Source of the DNA: a virus
Strand: one strand, 5' to 3'
Virus record (IMG/VR): IMGVR_UViG_3300045199_000074
Length of the DNA stretch: 64,000 bases
Position numbers and translations under genes: made by a program. Below, piece after piece: positions 46,924 through 57,931 of the stretch (position 1 is the first letter of the stretch; each line of letters starts with the position of its first letter). The notes under the pieces are model-generated. The model was not told where the DNA came from, searched no databases, and saw only the letters and a program-made list of their open reading frames with translations.

Positions 46924-48231
46924 ATGGCAACATTGGCGATATCTCGACCACAAAATGCTTCTCTTTTAAAGAGAATTACCAATACGCTGTCTGATTTCAG
47001 CAAGAACTTAATGGGGACAACTTCATTAGTGTCTCCCTCCATGGCAACAAAAAAAATTGAAAATCCATTTGGCAATTTTGGTGTTTTAGCTTCAGCCGAC
47101 AAATTTAAAGCTCATTCGAAGCCTATGGTTAGGTCATCTATTCTTTTCACCATCGATGATGCGCGCAAGCGTATATCGGAATACGTCGAAAACAAGTTCA
47201 AACCTGATAGCATTGCTGAACTCAAAGAGTATCTTGCGGAAAAATTCTTGCGTCTTGAAACTTGGAAATTGGCTCCAGGTCCAATGAATATGCTTGTTGA
47301 TACGAAGACAAGCTCTGCCACGCCTGCTGCCGCAGTCGATAAGCGTCTTTCTTACTGGAATATGCTTGAAGAAAGATTGCGGGGTGATTTACGTCGTGAA
47401 ATCGGTACAACTGAACCTGCAAAAGCATTTGGAAGTTGGGAAGGCATGTCTATGTCGCTTTCTAACTCTCGCGGGAATATTGGTTACTCCATTTCAAAAG
47501 GACAGGCTTATATTGGCAAGGTTTTTGCAGACCAGAATGATCGTAGAAGCGTTTCTGAAATTGTGTCCGATGCTAAACAACAAGGTGTGGAGCTAGTTCT
47601 TCCTACGGATGACGGTACAATCAACGGGCGTAGATTTCCAGGTCTGCCATTCCTGAAGAAAATGGAAACTATGAAGGCTGAAGTTGTACATTCAGGTTTG
47701 AAACACGATCTGATGGCAAATGCGTTTGGTGGTGTCGGCTTGGTGGAAACTATTGAAAACAAGATCAATGCCAAAAATGTACGTGACGCTTCTCTTGGTG
47801 ACAATAATATGGATGCCGCTGAGGAATTCGATTTATCGCAATTCATCAGGAGTGAACAAGAACCATTTTCGACTATGGTTACAAACTCAAACGTTAGTTC
47901 ATTTAGCGATTTTGGTAACGAGCTAGAAGAAAATTATGAGACTACACGCAATTTAAGTATTCGTGCATATTCTAATAGTTCGAGCGAATTTATTGTTTAT
48001 GATCGCGACTTTGATGAGGCCACGCAGATTCATTTTACTGATATGCCAGCTGGTCGATACGAACGAGAAAATGTTGATGGTGTTGTAGAAGGCTACACTG
48101 ATATCTTGGATGATGGATCATTAAGGCATTTTGATCGCCGTGGAAATGTCGTAGAAATGGATAATGGTCTAGATAATGATGATCAACATGACTACGAAAA
48201 TGAAAATGGTCGCAATAAGTTCGCTAGGTAA
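46924..48231 (+). CDS. hypothetical protein
   Basis: SD GGAGGTG; acidic C-terminal region. Confidence 0.8.
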   Translation: MATLAISRPQNASLLKRITNTLSDFSKNLMGTTSLVSPSMATKKIENPFGNFGVLASADKFKAHSKPMVRSSILFTIDDARKRISEYVENKFKPDSIAELKEYLAEKFLRLETWKLAPGPMNMLVDTKTSSATPAAAVDKRLSYWNMLEERLRGDLRREIGTTEPAKAFGSWEGMSMSLSNSRGNIGYSISKGQAYIGKVFADQNDRRSVSEIVSDAKQQGVELVLPTDDGTINGRRFPGLPFLKKMETMKAEVVHSGLKHDLMANAFGGVGLVETIENKINAKNVRDASLGDNNMDAAEEFDLSQFIRSEQEPFSTMVTNSNVSSFSDFGNELEENYETTRNLSIRAYSNSSSEFIVYDRDFDEATQIHFTDMPAGRYERENVDGVVEGYTDILDDGSLRHFDRRGNVVEMDNGLDNDDQHDYENENGRNKFAR

Positions 48232-48361
48232 AATTAAATAATCAAAAAAGCACGGGCTAATTATGTGTAGATCGCGCTTTTTTGTTGCGATAATTATTTA
48301 AATGTGTCAACAATTTTAGCATTGAGTGTTCTGGTGAATATTCTATTTAACGGAGTTATTT

Positions 48362-49444
48362 ATGAGCAAGAAGCATAATTCTATCGGCAATAATGGTGAT
48401 GCAGACGCCCGCCGAAAAAGCCTAGAGAGCGCCTTGGCGCAGATCGAACGCGCCCATGGAAAGGGGTCTATCATGACCCTTGGCGCAAATTCGAAAGTCG
48501 AAACCGAAGTCGTTTCTACTGGTTCTTTGTCTTTGGATATTGCACTTGGTATCGGTGGTTTTCCACGCGGTCGTATTATCGAAATTTATGGGCCTGAAAG
48601 CTCTGGCAAAACAACTCTTGCTCTGCACACTGTTGCTGAAGTTCAAAAGGCTGGCGGTGTTGCTGCGTTCGTTGATGCTGAACATGCGCTTGATCCTGTT
48701 TATGCTCGCAAGCTTGGTGTTGATCTGGAAAATTTGCTAATTTCTCAGCCTGACACTGGTGAGCAGGCTTTGGAAATCACTGATACATTGGTTCGCTCTG
48801 GCGCTGTTGATGTTCTTGTTATCGATTCTGTCGCAGCTCTTGTTCCAAAGGCTGAAATTGAAGGTGAAATGGGAGATTCCCTGCCGGGTCTTCAGGCTCG
48901 ATTGATGAGCCAGGCTCTTCGTAAGCTAACGGCTACGATTTCTCGTTCGAATTGTATGGTCATCTTTATCAACCAGATTCGTATGAAAATCGGCGTCATG
49001 TTTGGTTCACCTGAAACTACGACTGGCGGCAACGCACTCAAGTTCTATGCTTCTGTACGGCTCGATATTCGTCGTATTGGTTCCATCAAGGATCGTGACG
49101 AAGTCGTTGGCAATCAGACTAAGGTTAAAGTGGTTAAGAACAAGCTTGCTGCTCCGTTTAAGCAGGTTGAATTCGATATTTTGTATGGACAGGGCGTTTC
49201 AAAGGTTGGTGAACTTATCGACCTCGGCTTGAAGGCAGGTTTTGTTGAAAAATCTGGAGCATGGTTCTCGTACAACTCGCAGCGTCTGGGTCAGGGTCGT
49301 GAAAACGCAAAGCAGTATCTTCGTGACAATCCAGAAGTTGCTGATGAAATCGAGGCCAGAATTCGCGGAGAGCAAGACGGTCTTTCCGAGTCGCTTTTGA
49401 TTGGCGATGTATCGACCGATGATAATGGCGGTTCGGATGAATAA
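48362..49444 (+). CDS. recA: recombinase RecA
   Basis: [35 protein letters not shown]; alphaproteobacterial-type [19 protein letters not shown]. Confidence 0.99.
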   Translation: MSKKHNSIGNNGDADARRKSLESALAQIERAHGKGSIMTLGANSKVETEVVSTGSLSLDIALGIGGFPRGRIIEIYGPESSGKTTLALHTVAEVQKAGGVAAFVDAEHALDPVYARKLGVDLENLLISQPDTGEQALEITDTLVRSGAVDVLVIDSVAALVPKAEIEGEMGDSLPGLQARLMSQALRKLTATISRSNCMVIFINQIRMKIGVMFGSPETTTGGNALKFYASVRLDIRRIGSIKDRDEVVGNQTKVKVVKNKLAAPFKQVEFDILYGQGVSKVGELIDLGLKAGFVEKSGAWFSYNSQRLGQGRENAKQYLRDNPEVADEIEARIRGEQDGLSESLLIGDVSTDDNGGSDE

Positions 49445-49898
49445 TGGCATATCTCAGTATCAGGTCTGGTCTGATGGTTCTTGTTTAGGGAACCCTGGAC
49501 CAGGCGGTTATGCTGCAATAGTTTTTGATGCCAACGGCAAGGAAGTTGCGGTGGTCTCTGGTCGCGAAAAGCGCTCTACAAATCAGAGAATGGAGATGAT
49601 TGCGGCAGCAGAAGGGCTGTCGCAACTTCCATTAGCCGTTGCTGTCACGGTGAATACCGATTCCAAATATGTTGTTGACGGTATGACATCCTGGATTTTT
49701 GGCTGGAAGCGTCGAGGCTGGAAAAAGGCAGACGGTACCCCAGTGAAAAATCTTGAGCTTTGGCAACGTCTTGACCGAGAAGTGTCCAATCGCAAGGTAA
49801 AATGGAACCATGTTCGTGGACATGTCGGGATCGAGCTTAACGAGCGTTGTGATCAATTGGCTAATGAACAGGCTCACTTCGCAAAATCTGGAGAATAA
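49437..49898 (+). CDS. rnhA: ribonuclease HI
   Basis: [41 protein letters not shown]. Confidence 0.97.
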   Translation: MNNGISQYQVWSDGSCLGNPGPGGYAAIVFDANGKEVAVVSGREKRSTNQRMEMIAAAEGLSQLPLAVAVTVNTDSKYVVDGMTSWIFGWKRRGWKKADGTPVKNLELWQRLDREVSNRKVKWNHVRGHVGIELNERCDQLANEQAHFAKSGE

Positions 49899-49899
49899 T

Positions 49900-50508
49900 A
49901 TGAAGAATTTTATCGCATTGTTTTTTATTGCCTTCGCTGCCTTCACTTCGGTAGCAGTTGCCTCTGATGAGGCATGGAACCCCTACACCCCAATGCCACA
50001 TGATATTGTCATAGGAAAGTCTGACGCCCCAATTACGATTGTTGAGTACGCGTCTCTGACCTGTCCTCATTGTGGCCGCTTCCATCGTGAGACAATTCCT
50101 TCATTGAAGGAGCAGTTGATTGAGACAGGTCAAGCAAAACTTATTTATAGGCATATGCCACTTGATCAGTCAGCGTTGGCCGGGGCATTAGCGTCATCTT
50201 GTGCTCCTGAAGACATTCGGTTTGATGTTGTTTCAACCTTGTTTGAGGAAGTTTCAGTTTGGGCTCCTGACATTACGCAGATGGTTCCTGTTCTTCAGAA
50301 GAAGTTTGGTGATAAGCTTGATGCCGTAGAGATGCTTAAATGTGCATCGAGTTCGGAAATATCGAATGTCATTGTAAAAGGTATGACGAATGCCATAGAT
50401 AACGGTGTGGCGTCTACTCCTACATTTTTCATGAATGGTGAGAAATTTGAAGGATTTATTGCTCCAGAAAACTTCCTACCCCTGGCCAAGGGTAAGTCTG
50501 ATAATTAA
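49900..50508 (+). CDS. DsbA-family oxidoreductase
   Basis: signal peptide, EYASLTCPHC, STPTFF. Confidence 0.92.
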   Translation: MKNFIALFFIAFAAFTSVAVASDEAWNPYTPMPHDIVIGKSDAPITIVEYASLTCPHCGRFHRETIPSLKEQLIETGQAKLIYRHMPLDQSALAGALASSCAPEDIRFDVVSTLFEEVSVWAPDITQMVPVLQKKFGDKLDAVEMLKCASSSEISNVIVKGMTNAIDNGVASTPTFFMNGEKFEGFIAPENFLPLAKGKSDN

Positions 50509-50581
50509 TAATATTGATGCAACGAATAAGGTCCGCTAAATTTAATTTTAGCGGACCTATTTTTATTTCATGTTTTAGATT

Positions 50582-51058
50582 TTATTTACAGCTTCGATCA
50601 ATATCATTTTTGGCAGATGTAAATCCAGTTAGATCATACCTGTCGACAGCTGTTTTCCCATCTTTCGATGTCCAGATTACCTTCGCTTCTTTGCCACGTT
50701 GCATAGCCGCTGTCAGATCAGCTTCTGGTTTCCCCGTGCCTACAAAAGCGGCTTCGCGGTATGTGAGAGTGTTGAATTCCTTGTCATCTACCACGATCAC
50801 AGCCTTCATCTGGCTTGCATCCACGCCTCCGTTTGAAGCCGCTATAGAACCCTTAACTCCCTCTGACGGGTGGTTCTGGATGGATAGGTAGGGTATTGAA
50901 CGATTTTCAAATGAACTATCGCTGCTGCTTGGTGAGGAACTCGCCCAGCATGCTCCATCAGCTAAACTCACTTTCCAATTTGAAGAATTCTGTTGTGCGT
51001 TAGCCGAATATATCGTTCCCAGAATGACTGCTATCGATATGGTTGCAGTTTTAATCAT
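50582..51058 (-). CDS. IalB (invasion-associated locus B) family exported protein
   Basis: signal peptide, W...CWASS.P, AMQRG, D.YDLTGFT.A....C. Confidence 0.75.
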   Translation of the reverse strand: MIKTATISIAVILGTIYSANAQQNSSNWKVSLADGACWASSSPSSSDSSFENRSIPYLSIQNHPSEGVKGSIAASNGGVDASQMKAVIVVDDKEFNTLTYREAAFVGTGKPEADLTAAMQRGKEAKVIWTSKDGKTAVDRYDLTGFTSAKNDIDRSCK

Positions 51059-51226
51059 TTAATGATCCTCTTTTAAATATTTATTTATAATGAAACCATC
51101 ACATTGCCTGCGTCGCAATAGCTGTCTTTTAAAATCGAATTTTTAGATTGCCTGGTTGTGGTTTCTTGCAATAAAAAAGCCCACAATACAGGAAATACAG
51201 CATTTTTAATATTGGAGTTTGATGGC

Positions 51227-52138
51227 ATGCGATTACTTTTGGAGCTTAATTCTGTTGATAGAAGTGTCACTGGGAATGGTCGTACCCAAATCCGCCTGAC
51301 AGGTTTGGATAAGAATGGTCGCAATAGTCGTGCAATAGCTTATGGCTATACAGCTGATAACATATTGAAGAGCCTTTATAAAATTGTTTCGCCAACCGAT
51401 GATCTCAAAGATCATAGTGTTACTATCGATCTTCACGGTGGTTGGAAAAATGGCAAAGAATACGAGCGAGACGGCAAGAAGTTTACTTTTCGATATTTTG
51501 AAATTGAACAATTCCAGTTTCTCCTTGGTCCTGCTCTTGAACTTCAAAAAATTCGTCAGGATTCTCTAGCGGCGTTTCATCGTGCGGAAGCTGCCAGAGC
51601 GGAAGGTGATTTTCGAAGCGCATACCGAGAACTTCTCGAACAGACAGGTAAAACATGTAATATGATCGATGAGGTTTCTGAAATTCTGGAGAGTTTAAAT
51701 CAATATGAGGATCTCCCAGATGACATGGAACTCACGGCAATTGAAGAGCAGTTTTCCTCGCCTGAGGCTTTGGCATTAAAGAAGTTTTCGTCTATGAACG
51801 GTATTGAAGATGTCATGGAATTGGCAGCTAATTCTCCACAAGAGGAGATAGCCTCAGATGAAACCTCTGATCATGTTTCTGAGGATATGGTTGCAGATCA
51901 AGACGACGATTACGTCTTCGGTGAGATTGTTGATGAGACTTCTGATGAGAATAATCCAGCAGTAGAAGGTGATATTGAACAATCAGATGTGTTGGACGAC
52001 GAGCCAGCATCTGATGCTGAAAATAAGGCATCAGGTCCCGCTAAACCCGCACCTGCGTTTTCTTCCAAACCTTCTTCTGGATTTGGTCGTCCAAGTGGTG
52101 GCTTCGGAAGACCAAGCGGTTTCGGCCGTCCAGGCTGA
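51227..52138 (+). CDS. hypothetical protein with acidic linker and GFGRP-repeat tail
   Basis: beta-rich N-terminal domain; SD GGAG; tail GFGRPSGGFGRPSGFGRPG. Confidence 0.75.
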   Translation: MRLLLELNSVDRSVTGNGRTQIRLTGLDKNGRNSRAIAYGYTADNILKSLYKIVSPTDDLKDHSVTIDLHGGWKNGKEYERDGKKFTFRYFEIEQFQFLLGPALELQKIRQDSLAAFHRAEAARAEGDFRSAYRELLEQTGKTCNMIDEVSEILESLNQYEDLPDDMELTAIEEQFSSPEALALKKFSSMNGIEDVMELAANSPQEEIASDETSDHVSEDMVADQDDDYVFGEIVDETSDENNPAVEGDIEQSDVLDDEPASDAENKASGPAKPAPAFSSKPSSGFGRPSGGFGRPSGFGRPG

Positions 52139-52229
52139 AAGACATTCACGTCACCATGTGAACATCTTTTATCACCAGTGGTTCAGTTTATTTGCACCAC
52201 TGGTTTTTTAAGGGCCATAACCTAAATCG

Positions 52230-52988
52230 TCACGGCTCAATTTTAATTATGCTTTCGTTTAAGTTCTCTAGTGAAATTGTTTTGAAGCGATGGTTTCTTC
52301 CGCAATCATCAAAAGCTACGACTGACAGTACCCCTGATCCAAAACAACCGCTGTCCATTGCAATTCTGTTTTCGTATTCAGTTGGATTTTTCTTATCTGG
52401 AGAGTGTCCGTATACGACAACCTTTCCAAAGTTGTGGTTTGAACGGCTGAATTCTCCTCTGATCCACATCAGATCATGGAGTGATTGATCTTCAAGCATT
52501 ATTCCTGGCTTCATTCCTGCATGAACATAGATGTGTGTATCGGTTTCAGCAGACATTGGAAGCGAACGTAGAAACTCAGCATGCTCCCAAGGAACGAATT
52601 CCTGAAGTTCGTCTGGTATCGGATTATACAGAGGATTCCATCCGTAGCTTTGTAAGGTCTGTTGTCCACCATGTTCCCACCAAGCTGTTGCCATTTCGTG
52701 TGATGGGTTGAACCAAACCGATGAGAACATATCGTCATGATTACCCTTGATCGGGTGCCATGACATGTGTTCGTCTTCTGGTCCTGAAATTAAAAGATCA
52801 ATGACATCTTTTGCGCTTGGGCCGCGATCAACGTAGTCCCCGAGTAAGTGAACTCTTCCTTGGGTTCCGCTTTGCAGGGCGTCGGCCGCGCACCAATCGA
52901 GTGCGATCTTTAGCTGTTCTACACAGCCATGTACGTCGCCTATTGCGTAGTCAGTAATATGGTCTGAACTTTTGAATTTTTGATGCAT
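52230..52988 (-). CDS. PPP-family Ser/Thr phosphatase-like metallophosphoesterase
   Basis: GDVHG, GDYVDRG, GNHD, VHAG, GHSP, DSG. Confidence 0.92.
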   Translation of the reverse strand: MHQKFKSSDHITDYAIGDVHGCVEQLKIALDWCAADALQSGTQGRVHLLGDYVDRGPSAKDVIDLLISGPEDEHMSWHPIKGNHDDMFSSVWFNPSHEMATAWWEHGGQQTLQSYGWNPLYNPIPDELQEFVPWEHAEFLRSLPMSAETDTHIYVHAGMKPGIMLEDQSLHDLMWIRGEFSRSNHNFGKVVVYGHSPDKKNPTEYENRIAMDSGCFGSGVLSVVAFDDCGRNHRFKTISLENLNESIIKIEP

Positions 52989-53046
52989 ATGAAATGACCG
53001 ATCCTTTTGTCAATTATATTCAATATCGATGAATTTATCCAACGAT

Positions 53047-54180
53047 CTATGGCTTGAACGATGATTTCTCCTCAAGCTTTTCGAAAAGCTCCCTGCCCTT
53101 ATCTTCGTCGCAATCAACTCCGATATTTCTAGCAGACAGGAAAGCTTCATCCAGATCGGCATCCAAAAATTTGGCATACATAGCTGCAAGCGTTCCTACA
53201 AATATCGGTCCATGCGAAGCTTCTCGAACTTTTCGATCTAATTTCACTACATAATGCGCGAGTTCATGGATTATTGTGTTACTGGTCATCATGTGACTGG
53301 CGAGCACTATCCCTTTGCCCACATTGAAGTAGCTGTGATTTACTAAATTTGATGGACCTTCTTTGATCGGCACTTCTTTGACGCCCAACTTCTCGCAAAC
53401 TTGTTTGGCGTAGTCCCTGCATTCATCAATCGTATTGAAGCGGTCCTTTCTGTAATCAAACGTCCACTCCCACCGATAGACCAATTCACGCTGGTAATCG
53501 CGAATACGGTTCGACTTTCTCCTATCTGGAGGATTAAATCGTTTGGCTATCCTCTTGGCTTCTAATTCAGCCGCTTCCATGAAGTCGTGTTGACTTAAAA
53601 CTTTGATGTCTCGCGTGTGCCGGGTGTCTGGCCTCCATCCAACGAGAATTTTTTTGTCGTCCTCGAAGAGCACTATCTCGCCCCGATCATTGGCTGGTAT
53701 GGACATCTTTATGCCAAAGCGAATGTCGGCGTACTCTGGAGGGCTAATGGGGCTTGGTAAGTGCCGCGTGCGTTGACCAGGCTTGGGGTTGTCAACCAAG
53801 ATAACTGTGTTGGCAGCGAAACCTTTCGTGCTGGATGGCAGGTCTAGAAAGACACGTCCGTTGTCATGACGTTCATAGAATTCATAGATTTCGGTGAAGG
53901 GATGAGTGTCGAATTCGAAAGCAGATGCTGAGATTAGCGACATTCCATCGCCATGAACCAAGCCTTCGTACAGATCACGTGCGGTGAAAATCCTGTGCCG
54001 ATGAGTCGTGTAGAATTCTATCCAGTTTTTGGATGCTACTGATGAGCTGAATGGCCCCCATATGCGTCCGTCATCCGATGTAACAGAATGAATTATTTCG
54101 GGTACGAAAAGACTGTTTTTCGCGTCGATGTTTTCAAATTTATTGTTTGGCGCAATGGGCGCATCCAATAGATGAATCAT
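53047..54180 (-). CDS. protein with C-terminal HExxH metallohydrolase domain
   Basis: IIHELAH....HGPIF. Confidence 0.75.
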   Translation of the reverse strand: MIHLLDAPIAPNNKFENIDAKNSLFVPEIIHSVTSDDGRIWGPFSSSVASKNWIEFYTTHRHRIFTARDLYEGLVHGDGMSLISASAFEFDTHPFTEIYEFYERHDNGRVFLDLPSSTKGFAANTVILVDNPKPGQRTRHLPSPISPPEYADIRFGIKMSIPANDRGEIVLFEDDKKILVGWRPDTRHTRDIKVLSQHDFMEAAELEAKRIAKRFNPPDRRKSNRIRDYQRELVYRWEWTFDYRKDRFNTIDECRDYAKQVCEKLGVKEVPIKEGPSNLVNHSYFNVGKGIVLASHMMTSNTIIHELAHYVVKLDRKVREASHGPIFVGTLAAMYAKFLDADLDEAFLSARNIGVDCDEDKGRELFEKLEEKSSFKP

Positions 54181-54234
54181 GGCATCTTACCTGTCATTTT
54201 ATCTATAATAATGCGTCCATTTGCATTTTTGAAT

Positions 54235-56697
54235 TCAGTCTGTCAGCTGCCCTTCTTTTAGACGTGTAGACAAGCCTGTAAATCGTTCGTTGGCCTCGGT
54301 CGTTCTTACTGAGTGTAAGACAGCCTGATCGTGGCCAACGACAATACAGAGCTTCTTGGCGCGCGTCACGGCGGTGTAAATCAGGTTTCTTGTTAGCATA
54401 TGCTTATGCGCCCATGGACATACGAAAATTACGACAGGAAACTCGCAACCTTGACTCTTGTGAACGGTGGTAGCCCATGCCAGTTCAATGTCATTAATAT
54501 CATCCGGACTATATAATGCTTCAAATCCAGAATAATCAACGATGAGGTAGTTTTCTTCGTTGTTATCCTTATTGAACCGTTTGCCAACGCGAACAACTGT
54601 GCCTACCTCGCCATTGTATACCTTTTTCACATAATCATTTTTCAAGTGCATGACACGGTCGCCGATAGAAAATTCACGCTTTCTAATTTCAACAGTCTCT
54701 GCATTGCCAGAAGGGTTGAGGGCTTGCTTTAGCTTTTGATTTAAAGCGAGAATGCCTAAATCTCCAACTCGCATAGGTGAAAGAACCTGTACATCTGTGA
54801 TCGGATTAAACCCCATTTCCTTTACTTTTACAGACATGAAATCAACGACAGTGTTGGCAAAAGATTCAGGGTCACCCACGGATTTAGAATCCGAGAATAC
54901 CTCGAAACCATTCAAATCGTCTTTCCCGTCGAGCGGGTGTTTACCAGAATTGATATTCGCGGCTGCAACCACAATTCCGCTATCACCCGATTGGCGATGA
55001 ACAGTTTTCAGGCGAGCGACAGGAATAGAACCAGACGCAATGAGATCACGAAGTACTTGACCAGCACCAACAGATGGAAGCTGGTTTACGTCACCAACAA
55101 TGGTAACAGCTGCATGAATGCTTACGGCATCCATAAATGCTTGCCCCAATCGAAGGTCTACCATCGAAAATTCGTCAATGATAATGCGATCTTCAGGAAA
55201 AGGATTCGAGGCATCATATTCGAAGCCGCCTTTTTCAGATGAGAAGCTTAGGAGACGATGACAGGTACTTGCTACATGTCCTGAAGCTTCGAATAGACGC
55301 TTTGCTGCACGGCCCGTTGGAGCTGCTAGAATTGTTTCCTGTTCCAGTGCTTCGATAGCATGAACAATGACTTTTTGAGTTGTCGATTTTCCTGTACCAG
55401 GGCCGCCCGTGATAATCGAGATTGGATTCATCACAGCCATTACTGCGGCATTTACCTGACTTTCGTCCCTATTGACCTTCAATTCGACAACAGCGTTTTC
55501 AACGACAGTTCTAGCCAGTTCTTCTGGAATTCTGGGGCCACTCTCAATCATCTTAAGTAGGCGTTTGGCCAGATTGCTCTCGGCTTGAAAGAGACCATCT
55601 GTGTAGAATAATCCAGTGATCTTATCAGCAACAATTCCACCATCTCTGACAACGTTGGTGATGGCATCTTTGATAAGTTCTTCATCAACATTCAACAAGC
55701 GACGTGCTTCACCGACAAGCGCTTCCATAGGTAGTCCACAGTGTCCTTCTCGGCCTGTTTTCTGTTCTAGTGCATAACGAACACCCGAATTGAGGCGGGC
55801 AGGACTGTCCTTTGCATGTCCAGCGTCCATGGCAATTTCGTCTGCTGTTGAAAAGCCAATACCATCAATGGTTTCGGCTAATTCCCACGGCCTCGTCTGC
55901 ACGACTCTTCTGGCAGCTGCACCATACCGCTTAATAATCTTGGCAATAGTCATTTCACCAAGACCAAATCTTCCTAGAAATTCAATTAGCTCAGGTTGTG
56001 CTGCATTGCAGTTCCAGGCTTCTGCAATTGCTTCTGCTCTTTTCATCGGAATGCCAGATTTTACAAGCTTGTTATGGTCGGTAATTGCATCCAGGATGTC
56101 ATCACCGAAATATTTGGCGATCTTTTCAGCTGTTGATTTACCGACACCTGGAACAGATCCCATTTTCAACCAAGCTACTACACCTTTAGCTCCCTTAGCG
56201 ATTTCCATCATGAAAATGGCAGCCTTAAAGGTATCTTTTCCTTTGTACTGAGACCACTGTCCCTTAGCGATGATACGATCACCACGCTTAGCTTTCACAT
56301 TGCTAGTTGCTGCCACAGTCGTGGATTTTCCGCCGTCCACCTTTACGCTGTAAACAGCGTAGCCATCAGACGTTTCATAAATAACACGTTCGATACGACC
56401 AATCACTTCTTGTAAAGTGGGTTCATTCTTTACCACTAATTGTGGTGCAGTTTCTTTAACTTCAGAAGGTTGATGGAATACATCCTCATCCTGAGGCTCT
56501 GGTTGCACAACTTTTTTTAATCCAAATGTCGAAAAAGATTTTGGTCGGCCAAAACCATGCGGCTGTGGCTTCACAGGAGCGTTAAATAAATCACCCTGAT
56601 TTACATTGGAATTAATAGTTTGATCCGCTTTAGAAGTCGCGGCAGGAGCCTTATTTTTAAGGGATAATACTGCTGCAGGCGGCCGCTTAAAATGCAT
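54235..56697 (-). CDS. recD2: RecD2 (SF1B) helicase
   Basis: HhH motifs, GIGFSTAD, GGPGTGKST, APTGRAA, DEFSM, GDVNQLPSVGAG, TVHKSQG. Confidence 0.95.
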   Translation of the reverse strand: MHFKRPPAAVLSLKNKAPAATSKADQTINSNVNQGDLFNAPVKPQPHGFGRPKSFSTFGLKKVVQPEPQDEDVFHQPSEVKETAPQLVVKNEPTLQEVIGRIERVIYETSDGYAVYSVKVDGGKSTTVAATSNVKAKRGDRIIAKGQWSQYKGKDTFKAAIFMMEIAKGAKGVVAWLKMGSVPGVGKSTAEKIAKYFGDDILDAITDHNKLVKSGIPMKRAEAIAEAWNCNAAQPELIEFLGRFGLGEMTIAKIIKRYGAAARRVVQTRPWELAETIDGIGFSTADEIAMDAGHAKDSPARLNSGVRYALEQKTGREGHCGLPMEALVGEARRLLNVDEELIKDAITNVVRDGGIVADKITGLFYTDGLFQAESNLAKRLLKMIESGPRIPEELARTVVENAVVELKVNRDESQVNAAVMAVMNPISIITGGPGTGKSTTQKVIVHAIEALEQETILAAPTGRAAKRLFEASGHVASTCHRLLSFSSEKGGFEYDASNPFPEDRIIIDEFSMVDLRLGQAFMDAVSIHAAVTIVGDVNQLPSVGAGQVLRDLIASGSIPVARLKTVHRQSGDSGIVVAAANINSGKHPLDGKDDLNGFEVFSDSKSVGDPESFANTVVDFMSVKVKEMGFNPITDVQVLSPMRVGDLGILALNQKLKQALNPSGNAETVEIRKREFSIGDRVMHLKNDYVKKVYNGEVGTVVRVGKRFNKDNNEENYLIVDYSGFEALYSPDDINDIELAWATTVHKSQGCEFPVVIFVCPWAHKHMLTRNLIYTAVTRAKKLCIVVGHDQAVLHSVRTTEANERFTGLSTRLKEGQLTD

Positions 56698-56836
56698 TGG
56701 TAATCCTTCTCTTTAAACGCAAAAAATATTGCCCTTAAAACGTGTCTTGCGCAAGACGCAAAACGATATTCCAATGTAAATTAACGTAAATATGAATAAA
56801 TAAATTATCTCATCAATTTTAATGGGAGCCATTTAA

Positions 56837-57898
56837 ATGAAAAGTTCTCTCGCTTTAATAATTGCTATTTTCTCGGCATTGTTTTTTGTACCGTCAGCTC
56901 AGGCTATGTGTCAGCTAGATATTAATCGGATCGTATCCACAAACCCTTATTTCAACACGCGTATGGTGCGTTCTCCGGAGAAGGAGAAAGAAAATACTGC
57001 TGTTTTTAGTCATATTGATGATCCAAGAATGGTAATTAGTTTGTCGATGGGGAGAGCAGATCCTGTCGGGCATATTTCACGCAGTGCATACGTTGCCAAG
57101 ATTGACCAATTTGCGGGCTTCATGGTCGATAAAGCAAAATCTCAAGGACGTTGGGCTGAAAAATCTGTTCATCCTCATGATCCAGTAGCATCGGTTGTTG
57201 TCGAAGAAACAACTATTGATCAAGTGGGAGACGCGCTCGTTGGGCATATGGAGGCGCTTTTCACTCCGGAATGTATTCTGATTGCTGATTTTGTATCACC
57301 ATCATCTCAGAACCTTAGAACGAGATGGGTTCAATTGGCTCAAGAAATTACAACGCTTAGGACGTCGGCCGCATCATTGGTCGCGCCTATTGCGTGGGAA
57401 CGCGAAGATACATCGCCAACAGGTTGGAAAGCCGTATTAGCTGGATTTGGAACACCTATTGCGGTTATTGTCCTCATCAACGTGTTGCTGGGGCATGTTA
57501 AAGAGCTTGACCCTCCTAGCCGTTACACCAAAACAGTCGTAGGGGCCGCATCACTACTATCGTTTGGTGCTATTGTTTATCAGTATAGTGGATATTTCCC
57601 TTCTAGCCCTGTTGCATTCGATGAAATGAAATATCTGGATAGCTTACTTTTGCTATTGCTTGTCGGATTCTTATGTATTGTAGGCGCAGTATTTACGGAT
57701 AAGGCAACACGTTTGGGTTTGATATCAGCTTGTGTGGGTGGTTTTGGTATGCTTTCTTCTACTTATCTTGGATGGACACCTGACGCGATTATCAGCCTAG
57801 TCGTCGGACTCTCATTGCTGTTTATGGGAGGTCTTGCATATGCGGCTTGGAGTTTGGCATCTAAGCCTAAAAAGAAAATCCAAGCCCAAGTTAATTAA
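56837..57898 (+). CDS. hypothetical membrane protein
   Basis: signal peptide, soluble domain, ~5 C-terminal TMs. Confidence 0.8.
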   Translation: MKSSLALIIAIFSALFFVPSAQAMCQLDINRIVSTNPYFNTRMVRSPEKEKENTAVFSHIDDPRMVISLSMGRADPVGHISRSAYVAKIDQFAGFMVDKAKSQGRWAEKSVHPHDPVASVVVEETTIDQVGDALVGHMEALFTPECILIADFVSPSSQNLRTRWVQLAQEITTLRTSAASLVAPIAWEREDTSPTGWKAVLAGFGTPIAVIVLINVLLGHVKELDPPSRYTKTVVGAASLLSFGAIVYQYSGYFPSSPVAFDEMKYLDSLLLLLLVGFLCIVGAVFTDKATRLGLISACVGGFGMLSSTYLGWTPDAIISLVVGLSLLFMGGLAYAAWSLASKPKKKIQAQVN

Positions 57899-57931
57899 AG
57901 AATAGTTTAAACAGGGTTTTTAAAACCCTGT

